Assembly: GCA_020137815.1 (NCBI GenBank)
Contig: CM035360.1
Coordinates: 2,790,001-2,854,000, forward strand
Length of the DNA: 64,000 bases
Origin: Hormiphora californensis
Taxonomy: Eukaryota; Animalia; Ctenophora
Reading direction: 5' to 3'
Shown here in pieces: positions 50,601 through 62,483 of this stretch; within the stretch, counting starts at the first letter, position 1, and the number at the start of each line of letters is the position of its first letter. Both the position numbers and the translations under genes were made by a program. The notes beneath the pieces were generated by a model, which ran no database searches, was not told the origin of the DNA, and saw only the letters and a program-made list of their open reading frames with translations.

Positions 50601-53600
50601 TCCCCATAGCTTTACAAAGGGGTGAGATCGTTATAGTCACTGTTGCAGTCCCTGAGTGGAATATTCCAAGACATTTCCACTGCTGCAGCAGCACTGCAGC
50701 AGGCACTGCAGAGATGGAATATTCCAAGGAATTTCCACTACTGCAGCAGCACTGCAGCAGGCACTGCAAAGATGGAATATTCCAAGGAATATTCCAACCT
50801 TATAGGGACTACAGTAGGGAAATATTCCAATGTTAGGGGTACTGGGACTGCCGGGGTATTTTAGGACGGCAAAATCCCTATCCATGACTGCAGCAAATAG
50901 TAAAATTCCTGCAGCAAAACGAGCTCCCAAAATGAAAATTCCAGGCTTGAAAAAAAAATCGGGACACTGGGATGAGTTCAGAGCAAGAATTAAATAGGGA
51001 AGAAAATCGAAAAATACTGGGTTTGACCGGGAATTGAACCAGGGACCTCCAGAGAGACATGCTCGGAGCTATAAACCACTAAGCTACCAAACCCTATGTA
51101 CTGATCGCATTTCATCGCTGTATATTCAATTAGTGATTACTCAGATAATCTGAGTAATGAGTGTTGAGTATCAGTATTATGAGTCAGATTATTCAAGCGA
51201 GGAATTTTTACGTACATTAGGTGACAGTACACGGATATCGATAGTGATTAATTTACGGGAGGTTTTTTTATAAATGCGGTAATATTTTTGTACATATTTT
51301 TGTACATCTTTTTGATTGAAGAAGTTCAAAGAATAACTATATTATGATTTAATAAGCCGGAGTGAAAGATTCTACAAAATTACCTTAATTCACATTCCGT
51401 TCATACATTTGATATTTATGTACGTTTCACCTGGCTATTTTTCAGCATGTCCTCTCCTAGCTCGTTCCCATAAGAACCATCTTTCCTAGTCTTATGCACA
51501 CACATAGACACACATTTTACATTTTGTTAACCAATCAATCATGTATTATCAGCCCTTTCTCAGGGATTTTCTATAACCGGTACAAGAGCGCTGGTACGAC
51601 AGATTTGGGTACTGAAACTGATAGCAACGTCTTTCAGAAGGTACATGTGTGTTTGTATTTCCAGTAGAACAGAGTTTTATTCTGCGAACACATATTTGAG
51701 CTGATATTTTCGGTTGAACAGTGTACTACCACTGACTCATATAATGTACTTTACAGCTGTACTTACTACCACAAAAACACTATGTACCAAACAGTTTTAT
51801 AGGCTGTACTGTACTACTAACCACTGTGACACAATGTACTTTTCAGCTGTACTACCATCGCCTGGGGACCTCACAAGATGAAGATGTGCTATGTATGGAG
51901 TTTCCTGATGAACCTACCTGGATGAGGTATTATTGGGGGAGAGGGTTCATTAGGGAGAGGGGCGGAGAAGGGGGAGGCCGGGAGAGGGGTTGGGGAGATG
52001 TTTATGAGAGAGGAAAGGGAAGGGGGCCGGGGAGAGGGAAGGGGGCCAGGAGGGTATCTCTCGCTTTCTGTTTTTGTGTGTGTCACAGTGTCAAGCGAGG
52101 CAATGTCCTACTGGTTCCTAGGAAATCCAGTCACGTACAGCTGACATAGCAAGATTTGAATCTGAACCAGAGAGCGGTTAACGTTTGCGGAAGCCGCGGG
52201 AAAGGTCTCCTGTGGAGAATAGTTTTCATGTAGGGAGTACTTTCTGCGCGCGTCATCGGGGAACCGCGCGCGAAGAGACTGCCAATGGAGACTGTCACAG
52301 CTCAGTCTCCAAACTGTCAAAAAGGTCATAAAAATTTTGACTCTCTTTAGTTTGATTTGGTAGGAAATAGTATAGGATATTATACTGAGCAGCATGCTAC
52401 TGCCAGCTATCTCCTCCCTCCATCCCCCTCCCTGTCACTTCCAATTGTTTCAGTGGTGCCGGTGTCTCTGATTGTGGACGGTACATGGAACTAATAATCT
52501 CCAAAGGCTGTGAACCAGTTAACAAGCTATGGATAGCACCACTAAACCCAGAAGATGGCTCCCTGGTTCAACCATTAAACTTCCAGAAAATATTCGATGA
52601 ATTTGATGCGGAGTATGATGTCCTATGTAATGAGGGTAGCACGTTTTACATTAAAACTAACTGCGGTGGAGCCAAGAAGTATAAGGTGGTGAAATTCACC
52701 CTGGATCAACCTGATCAGGTATCGTGGTGACAGCCGCTCAAGTGAAGAACAAAAACGAAAAGCATATTTACATATTTACCGGACTCCGATTTCGGGGCTG
52801 CTCGGGGGGAAAGGGTTTTGCTTCGTAAATCGAGGTTCTGGTAAAAACTAAAATGATGCCCAGTGAATCGGGGTCTGACTGTAAGAAAATATCATGAATA
52901 TGCTTATCGTTTTGTTTCCTTCGCTTCAGCAGCAGCTGTCACAGTTCTCTACCTCCATAAACATATATCTGGGCTTGTCAAATTCATCTTTTCAACAAAA
53001 GTGAAAGTTGGGTGCGGTCTATTCATCAGCAGAATTTGCCGATATTAATAGAGGGAATCATTTGTGTGCCCTTATTTGGTATGATCCGTTCTGCAGATGG
53101 TGGAAGTGATACCAGAGAGGTCTGCAGTTTTAGAGTGGCTGTCTGCCGTCCGAGGTGATCTCTTCCTCTGTTGCTACCTCGAGGATTGTGTGGTGAGAGC
53201 ATTGTCTTTTTTATAGGATACAATTGGGGGGGGGGACATGTTAATTGTTAATAAATCACCTCTTTTTTCGATTTTGTTAATTAACGTTAATTAACAAAAT
53301 TAACAAAATTAACAAATGCTAAAAAACTGCTCTTATTGGTTGATAATACGATTTTAACTGGTTTAATTTTATAGTTTAATGACTTACCTAACACATATAT
53401 ACCCAAGCAAGGCCTTTTCCGATAACAATAGTCCAACCTACAGGTTTTTGGCTTAAAATCGATAAAAATCCAAAAGTTACAAATATTTCAATTTAGCGTA
53501 TAAAATCTCACTTTTACGTAATTTTTTCATTGGTAATCGATTCTCTGGACTTGATAAGATGATATACAACGTTTCTGTTGGAAAAAGAAATAAAATTTTT

Positions 53601-54685
53601 CCAAAATCAATTTTTTGGTCAGAGGTTGAAAATTTGCTTCGCTACAAATCCTTGTGTTTTTTTAGAAAAATATATTTTTGGGATATTTTTCGTTGTAAGG
53701 TAAATTCATGAGTCTTATTTAGTTTTTAGGGTTGGAAAATGTGGATTAGGGTCAATTGACTTCAATTGCGATTTAGTTTGGCTAGTTTTTATTAAAATTT
53801 ACACAATGGAACAAATCGCTGTAAAAAAGCCGTAGTAGAGGTAGTGGTCGTATGTAAATCGTGCAGAAGGAACAGCTTTGCTCGCAGAACAAGTGTTAAA
53901 TACCAAAAATACGTGCCAAAGGTGATTTAGATGGCATAAATGGCATTTGTTAACGTTTGTTAACTTTTTGTTAATTTTGTTAATAAATCACCTGTTTTCT
54001 CGATGTTAATATTAACAAAGTTAACAAAATTAACATGTCCCCCCCCCCCCCATACAATTTAATCACATGATGGACTATCCAATATCCATTCTCTCATGCA
54101 CTAATATGAGCAGGCAGAAAATTATTAAACCATACCCGGGGAGGGTTTGCAGCTGGGAGCTGCAGCAGTTCTCGCGTTTTCCAGAGTTGATTCCATACCC
54201 CCCCCCCCCTTCAGAAATATTAAACCCCATCCCCTTTCAGAATAAAATGTACCTCTATGACATGTCGGGTAGGATGGTGCAGGAATATTAAACCCCATCC
54301 CCTTTCAGAATAAAATGTACCTCTATGACATGTCGGGTAGGATGGTGCAGGAATATTAAACCCCATCCCTCTTTCAGAATAAAATGTACCTCTATGACAT
54401 GTCGGGTGGGATGGTGCAGGAATATTAAACCCCATCCCTCTCCATTTCAGAATAAAATGTACCTCTATGACATGTCAGGTGGAATGGTGCAGGAATATTA
54501 AACCCCATCCCCCTTTCAGAATAAAATGTACCTCTATGACATGTCGGGTGGGATGGTGCAGGAACTTTCTCTACCCCCAGGAGCCGTATACGGCTGCTCC
54601 TGTCGGAAAAAAGACAATTTTGTAAGTAATAATTGCATCTCAGTGGGTGGCGTGACAGCTACGGGAACTCTTGACCACCGCATCT

Positions 54686-54775
<90 letters not shown>

Positions 54776-57700
54776 CCTCTATCTATCTCTCTCTCTCTAT
54801 CTCTCTCTCTCTATCTCTCTCTCCCTCTTATCTTATTACCCCCCAAACCTTCTTCCTCACTCAAAAGCACTCAGATACAAGGCGTTCATTTGATGAACGT
54901 ATTATATATTCTAAAGTCCCAGACTAGTTTATGACTTCCTCAAAGCTGTGATCACGGTCAGTGACGATAGCAATTTTAAATATCCAAACTGCGTCCTTCC
55001 ATTCCTTCTATTCCTTCCATTCCTTCCATTCTGATTTGACACTCCCTGACCCAAAATAGATGATAAAACACCTTATAAGTTACCAATTTTGAGACAGAGA
55101 CAAACCAACTCAAACCATGCTATTGGTTGCCATGGTATAATTGGTTGCCATGGTATTAGTTATCAGGTATATATTACCGCTTCCATCATCCCCTCAGATA
55201 TATTTCAAGTTTGTATCATTCGTGAACCCGGGAGTTATCTATCACATTGATATGGAGGACAAGTCAAAGAAAGAGTTTACAGCCACGGTAAATGAAATTA
55301 TCCGGGATGGAGGAGGGGGAATTATCAAGAATACTAAAAATAGGATTCAAAAACAGTATTCAGATATGCAGAAACTATAGTTTTATCTGGAACAGATCAT
55401 AGCAGCAAAATATTTGGTGTCATATCAAGGGATCAAGCAGTCAGATTTGTTGGCAGTTCTCATCCTGAATGTGGCGAGTTTCGCAACATGATGACAAGTA
55501 CCACCTCAAATAGCAAGTCCTACACCACATCCCCGTTCACACAGTAGCAATTAATACTGAGCTTTCTTTCCCTGCTGTTCTCTCTCTCTCACTTTAATAC
55601 TGAGCCTTCTGGTCTGCGGCCATCCTGTTAAAGCAGCAATCTTCTTCTTCTGCCTGGAGCGGGGAGGGTGTTACAGCCTTGTGGGGGGGGGGGTATATTG
55701 TGTGGGTAGTGTGAGGAGGAGGTTAGAAGGCTGCTTGAAGTGAGTATCGGTGAAGTAAGTGGGGAGGGTGTTATAGCTTTGTGGGGCAAACAATACTAAA
55801 TTCGACTGGGAGCGAATATTATTGATTATAGAGGTTACAACAAAATGAAGAGCTTGAGCACCGTACCATTGTTCCCATGGTAACGAAAGAGGGGTCTACA
55901 GGATAATGAGGTGATGATAATCACCGCGGTGCTCAAGCTCCCATGATCTGAATGAGGGTCTTTCTGTTATACACTACCATTGATATGGCTTCATTTAGAG
56001 TTCCTGTCAGTGGTTCAAACGGTGTCATGTGACATTCAATGTGACCCGTTTTCAACCAATAGGGGGTGCAGATGTGAAGTGTGAATGTAATGTGGAATGG
56101 GGGGGGGGGGGGGTGCGGAGGTTTGGGAATTGATGAGATCTCTTGGGTCATCTAAAACTTCGAACAAATGTGAGAATAAAAAGTAAAGAAACAAATTGGA
56201 ATAAAATGAAAAATCACGTCCTTTGCTTTCGTAAATCCGAAATTGAATAATTGCTGATGGAACCCTCCTAGAGATAGAAGAATTGACTCTCTCCCTCTCA
56301 CAATCTCACACATTCTCCCCTGATGATGAAAAACAAGTCCAGCAGCCAGCAGGAACATTTATTCAATTTCGGATTCACGAAAGCAAAGTACGTGATTTTA
56401 TTCCAATTTGTTTCTTTACTTTTTATTCTCACATTTGTTCGAAGTTTTAGATGACCCAAGAGATCTCATCAATTCCCAAACCTCCGCACCCCCCCCCCCC
56501 CCCATTCCACATTACATTCACACTTCACATCTGCACCCCCTATTGGTTGAAAACGGGTCACATTGAATGTCACATGACACCGTTTGAACCACTGACAGGA
56601 ACTCTAAATGAAGCCATATCAATGGTAGTGTATAACAGAAAGACCCTCATTCAGATCATGGGAGCTTGAGCACCGCGGTGATTATCATCACCTCATTATC
56701 CTGTAGACCCCTCTTTCGTTACCATGGGAACAATGGTACGGTGCTCAAGCTCTTCATTTTGTTGTAGCCTCTATACAGTTTGAATACCAATAAAAGGGGT
56801 GTTTACCTTTTCTTTCGGCCAGTATATCACAGTCAGGACTAGAACCAACTGACAGGAGAGAATCAAAACTATCGCAGATGCTATCATATCCTGTACAGAA
56901 ATACAGCGTGAAATTTGTTTGTGAAACAATGAAAACGATTGCCTTGTTCGACCCTCCCTCCCCGCGCCCCGGTTTGAACAAAACAATGAAAACGATAAGA
57001 AATTCGTAATGGAATGTCGGCGGAACAATATAATTGGTCAAACTAAAAGTTTGTTGGAAGATGTTATTCCCATTGACAGATAATTACCATTACTAGCCCT
57101 ACTGAAAATTGTAATGTTCTAATGTAAACTATCGATAAGAGATGGAGTAAACTAACAAACGTGAGATAATTACAAGATAATACTCGTGAAGTTCATGTTC
57201 ATCATTAGATGATGGCATTTTCAAGATGCCATTTTGCAACAGGAGTCAAAATATCTCTTGGTTGGCAGAAAAGAGAGAAAGATTAATGCTAAAAATATGG
57301 GCAAATTTTATATGACTCATTAGGCAAGATTCTATTAGGTCATTTTGGGCTGCCAAATGCTCTTTTAAGTAGGATTGTTGGGGTAATTATAACAACTCAA
57401 ACTGATTATGTAATTGTATGCGTGGGTATTGTGTGAAGGAGAATTATTATAGTGAGAAGAAAAATCGAGAACGGCGTGATGAAAATATTAGCTGTTTTTA
57501 GAACATTTAAATATGTATTAATTTTTTACAAAATTCTGTTTTCAGGTTTATAAGGAGACTCCTGTTAAAGGTTTCCAAACTGACGAGTACGAAACGAAGC
57601 AAGTCTTCTTTCCCAGTAAAGATGGTGTCAAAGTACCCATGTTTGTTACTTGTAAAAAGGTAAGGTGTCAAAGTAGTACCCATGTTTGTACTGTAAGGTG

Positions 57701-60700
57701 TCCACTTTTTCCCTGTCGTTTGTAAAAAAAGACTACTTATCGTGAGAACCGTCACCGACAGCTGCTGTAGATCTTGTTTTGTTCAAACAGGGTCAAGCAA
57801 GGCAATGCAGATCTATATCTGATATAGGTATATATCACCCCTAATATTTCCTTCACCCAGGGGCTAGTTCTGGATCACCCGTAACCCGTAACATCCTATC
57901 TAGGGGCTAGTTCTGGATCACCCGTAACCCGTAACATCCTATCCACTGGATAGTATCCAGGGGCTAGTTCTGGATCACCCGTAACCCGTAACATCCTACC
58001 CAGGGGCTAGTTCTGGATCACCCGTAACCCGTAATATCCTATCCAGGGGCTAGTTCTGGACGGCTCACACCCGGTGTTAATGTACGGCTACGGTGGTTTT
58101 AACATCTCACTATCCCCCTCCTACTCTGTTTCCAAGATGATGTTTGTCAAGTACTTCAATGGAGTCTACGTCAGTGTCAACCTCAGGGGAGGCGGGTAAG
58201 ACATTACACAGTCGGACCCCGATTTACCGGGATGCTCGGGTCCCGGGATGCTCAGGGGATTTTGCCTGCCACCCGGTATATCGGGGTCCGACTGTATAGG
58301 TACATTACTTTTTCCCAGCTGTAAGATAAATTACTTTTTCCCAGCTGTATCATTTCTCTGGAAGGATGATGATTCTCACCTTCGATCGTTATATATTTAG
58401 TCCCCCCCCCCCTATTTGACAGGAAGTATAGTGCTCATCGTTATGGGTTTATTCTCCCCCCCACCACATTTGACAGGTTGCTCAGACATTTGTTGAGAAC
58501 TGTCCAACTTATCTAATTTCCAGATATAGTAACAGATGTTACGTAATCAAGCAGTTACTTTACTTTGGTATCAAAAACATCATGAGCTTAGGGTGAAGGA
58601 TAAATATATTATGGTATTCAAAATCAACATCAAATCTAGTTTTGGATTTGAACTAATTAATTTAGCTTAGCCACAATTTAGCTTAGCCACAAATCATCCA
58701 GGACTTACCTAATTACCCACTAATTACCCACTAATTACCCACTATAATTACTGCAGGGAGTATGGCGATGAGTGGCATCACGGTGGTTCTCTGGCCAACA
58801 AGCAGAATGTTTTTAACGACTTTATCTCCGCTGGAGAGGAACTAATTAAACTCGGCTACACCTCCCCTAACAAGTAAAACTAATCAGCCCCTACCTCCTT
58901 TCGCTCAGTTTAACAGTTCACTTCCTGTATCCCCCAAAGTCCAAACTTAGGAGCAGTCCACCACAGCCCCGTCCACCGCCCTGTAAAGTGTAACCCATGT
59001 TTCATCTCCAGGCTGGCTATAGAGGGTGGTAGTAACGGTGGCCTGCTAGTTGCTGCTTGTGCCAACCAACGTCCCGACCTCTTTGGAGCGGTAATCTGTG
59101 AAGTAGGCGTTCTGGACATGTACAGGTTCCACAAGTTCACCATTGGACACGCTTGGTAGGTTCCAGAGATATATTAGTGAATAATGGGGATTAAATAGTG
59201 ATATGCACAGTTTAGGAAGAAAGAGAGAGGGAGAGAGAGAGAGAGAGAGGATTTAAAAAGTTGGCAGCGACGCTGCCAACTTCGTCTGAGGGGTGGAGTA
59301 TGGGGGTGGAGCGCAAGCGACTGCGTCGCTCGCGGGCCACGTACAAGGTATAGCGCGACGTGCCCAAGGATAAAAGAGAGAGTGTGTAAATAATCCCTAT
59401 TACAGGTGTACTGAGTTTGGTAATCCCGATACAGCGGAAGATTTCAGTTGGATGGAGAAATATTCACCACTACATACAGTCCCTGAAACTGGTCCTTATC
59501 CTTCTACACTCTTAATGACAGGTATTATTACACCACATTTATTCCTCTGACAGTATCAGGTTGGGGGACCCTTTGTTTTGTTCAAACCCATTTTATTTTA
59601 AGAAAGTCTAGCTAGGCAAGGGACCCTAAAGACTGTCGTCAATGCGATATGGTTGACACTGTACTCGTGAATGAGTGGCCCCCGAGGGGGTGGTGATCAT
59701 ACAGAAACAAAACCAGTGGGCCTATATGATATATGGAAAGGATTTCAGGATTATAGTTCCCTAAAACCACGTCCCTTTTATAAAGTATCTCACTGTGTGG
59801 TACAAAACTCGAAGGACGTGATATCCTCGAGAGCCCAAACTCCGCCCAATTAAATGTCGAGCATGGTATTATAGCAGTTCTGAGAATTAACTCAGTTTCC
59901 CAGTGTGACAGTTCTAGGAAAGGGATTTCTTCGAAGGATATAGGTTTTAGGAAAGAATAATTATAACTGAAAATCACATACAGACTCAAAAGTCACACCC
60001 GCCCTCAAACAATTGTTTCTCCACCAAAAACAGAACCAGAATATGCCTATAACACTGCAAAACCCTTGTTCCAGTCATCTTCTTTTAGATCTTCTCTGCG
60101 ATAAACCCACAAGGAACTATACCATTAGAATCAGGAAATACTGGTCCCTGATTGGCTGATAACCAGTCACGTGACCTAAATAACGAGTTCTGATTGGTTG
60201 TTTACTTGTTTCGGTCGGTTCCTGATTAGAATAACGCTATTTCGTCGACAATTATGGAGATTGTGAGACAGTATTATAACCCCTCCTCCCAGCCATAGTA
60301 GCAAGATCATCATTATATTAATCAATGTCACACGGAAAAACATGTGGTCAGCGAGACCCCACTTCGTATGGAGGTTTGTGATGGTTTTTGGGCCCGTACC
60401 AGACTGACGGGGACCCCCGTCTGGGGCTGCTGTCTCTGTACCAATGATCTAGTGGATCTAGGTAGTCGGAGGGGGTTATCTTCTCCTTGCACACCACGAC
60501 GACGGAGAGTGAATCTTCTGAATCTTGTGAACCTGAACAAGAATAATTTTACTTGACGTGACAGGGGGCATTCTAAGATACGGGAAATAACTTGAAAGAA
60601 GTAAAAAAGGAAGAACATGATAGAATTCTGAATAATGAGTTCAGAGGAAGAATTAAATAGGGAAGAAAATCGAAAAAATATGATAGAATTGACAAGCTTC

Positions 60701-62386
60701 TAATGGGATGGGCAACTTTTTGAATCTAACTTTTCAGACATCAATAATTAATGTCTCGTGCAGAAGTCTCTGCTTGCCTTACTCGAACCTCACGCGTGCC
60801 CCGCACGAAAGTAATTTTGTTTGAAAAAAAAGTGTATTTACCGTGCATAATACAACAGGGGGTTGAGGGCAGCGTTTAGGGCGACACAGAGCAGAAAGAC
60901 GGTCGTTATGGTGTAACCATGGTAAATCAGAGTTGTCTTCCCAATCTCCATGGCAACCAAGTAACCAATAGTGGGGAGGTTTAGGGAAAGGTAGAGGATG
61001 GTTACCAAGACAACCGTTACTGAGGAGTACCTAGGGGAGGATGGAATCATCATTAGAAATTAACGGTTCCGATTATTGGACCTGTAATGTACATGATAGT
61101 GTACAGCAAGATCCAAATCTATCTGACGGCCGCTGACGAATCTCGAGACAGACATACATGATAGACGATAGTGCCTTATATACCTTAGAAATGTGATGTG
61201 ACAAATACACATGATATTGCTTATATACCTGTTCTCTGTGTACATGATATTGCTTCTATACCTGTTCTGTGAGCGATGCCCGCTGATTGGGCGATGGAGC
61301 GAGTTGATGGTGATAATGCAGAGAACACAGGAAACTGCAGTGGGTACAAAAGGTAGGAGATGGGGGATAGTAAACACCACCAACAGGCAGGTACTCTTCA
61401 CCCAGTCCGGCAGTGGTTTCAGTGCCAGGTGGTAATCCCACCCACACAACAGAGTATCCTCATTGAAGGTATATCTCATTGAACCATGATCAAGTGCCAA
61501 GGGCAGTAGGAGCGCAAGGGAGAGGATGGTAGCGGTGTAAACTAGGATCGGGACTAGGACTATCCTTCGTTTGCAGGGAGTAAAGGGTCGCCGAAGTGCC
61601 ACCGCTCGGGTCACACTCAACACCCCCACGAGAAAGACACTCACCCGGGATGTCAGGGTCCATCCTACACCCCAAACTCCACAGATGGTACCGTTACTTA
61701 GCCACAAGGGCTGTCTGTCCCACAACACGGATATACCGGGGAGGAGGGTTAGAGTGGATGTAATTACGTCACATGTTACAATACACAGGTAGACCGTGGT
61801 CGAGGTGGTCATCTCACGGGAGAGGAAGTACCGGAGGGCCTGGATGTTACCAGGGATACCGACCAGGGAGCATGTTAGGAGAGTGATACCAAGGGCACCA
61901 TCCCAGATAGTCTGATAGGGGGATGGTGAGGTGGAGTAGAGGGGTGTTGTAGACGTCATTGTTACTCGATCTGGGAGGTGTGTCTTGGGTTCCAGATGGT
62001 GCTAGTATAGGTGCTGTGTGTAGGTGATGTTAGTGTAAGTGTCACAGATGTGTACTCCAGTAGGTCCTGTTAGTGAAGGTATACAAGTGTGCTTCAGACT
62101 AGATGGTGCTAGTAGGTGTTGATAGCGTAGTAGGTGTCACAGGTTTGTGCTGGGTTTCAGATAGTACAGCTGGCGTTGTTATGAAAGCTGTAGTTATAGA
62201 AGAATCAAGAGACAATGAAGAGTGGGAAATTAAAAAATGAATCAGAAAACAATAAATAATGAGCTGATAGAGAAATAACAAAGACATGACATTGTTCAAT
62301 CATACATGTACAGTGAGGACGCAATCTTTCAAACATGTGTCATCATAATCAACTCTGTTATGTCTCATTACATAATTACCATTGTG

Positions 62387-62483
<97 letters not shown>

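Noticed and set aside
51019-51090. Functional tRNA gene
   Set aside because: A and B boxes are present but I could not fold a proper cloverleaf, and the sequence is embedded in a dispersed repeat; tRNAscan-SE would settle it.
62099-62299. Ser/Thr-rich N-terminal extension of the GPCR
   Set aside because: Ends in a stop, and an in-frame stop precedes the GPCR ATG; no clear splice path was found.
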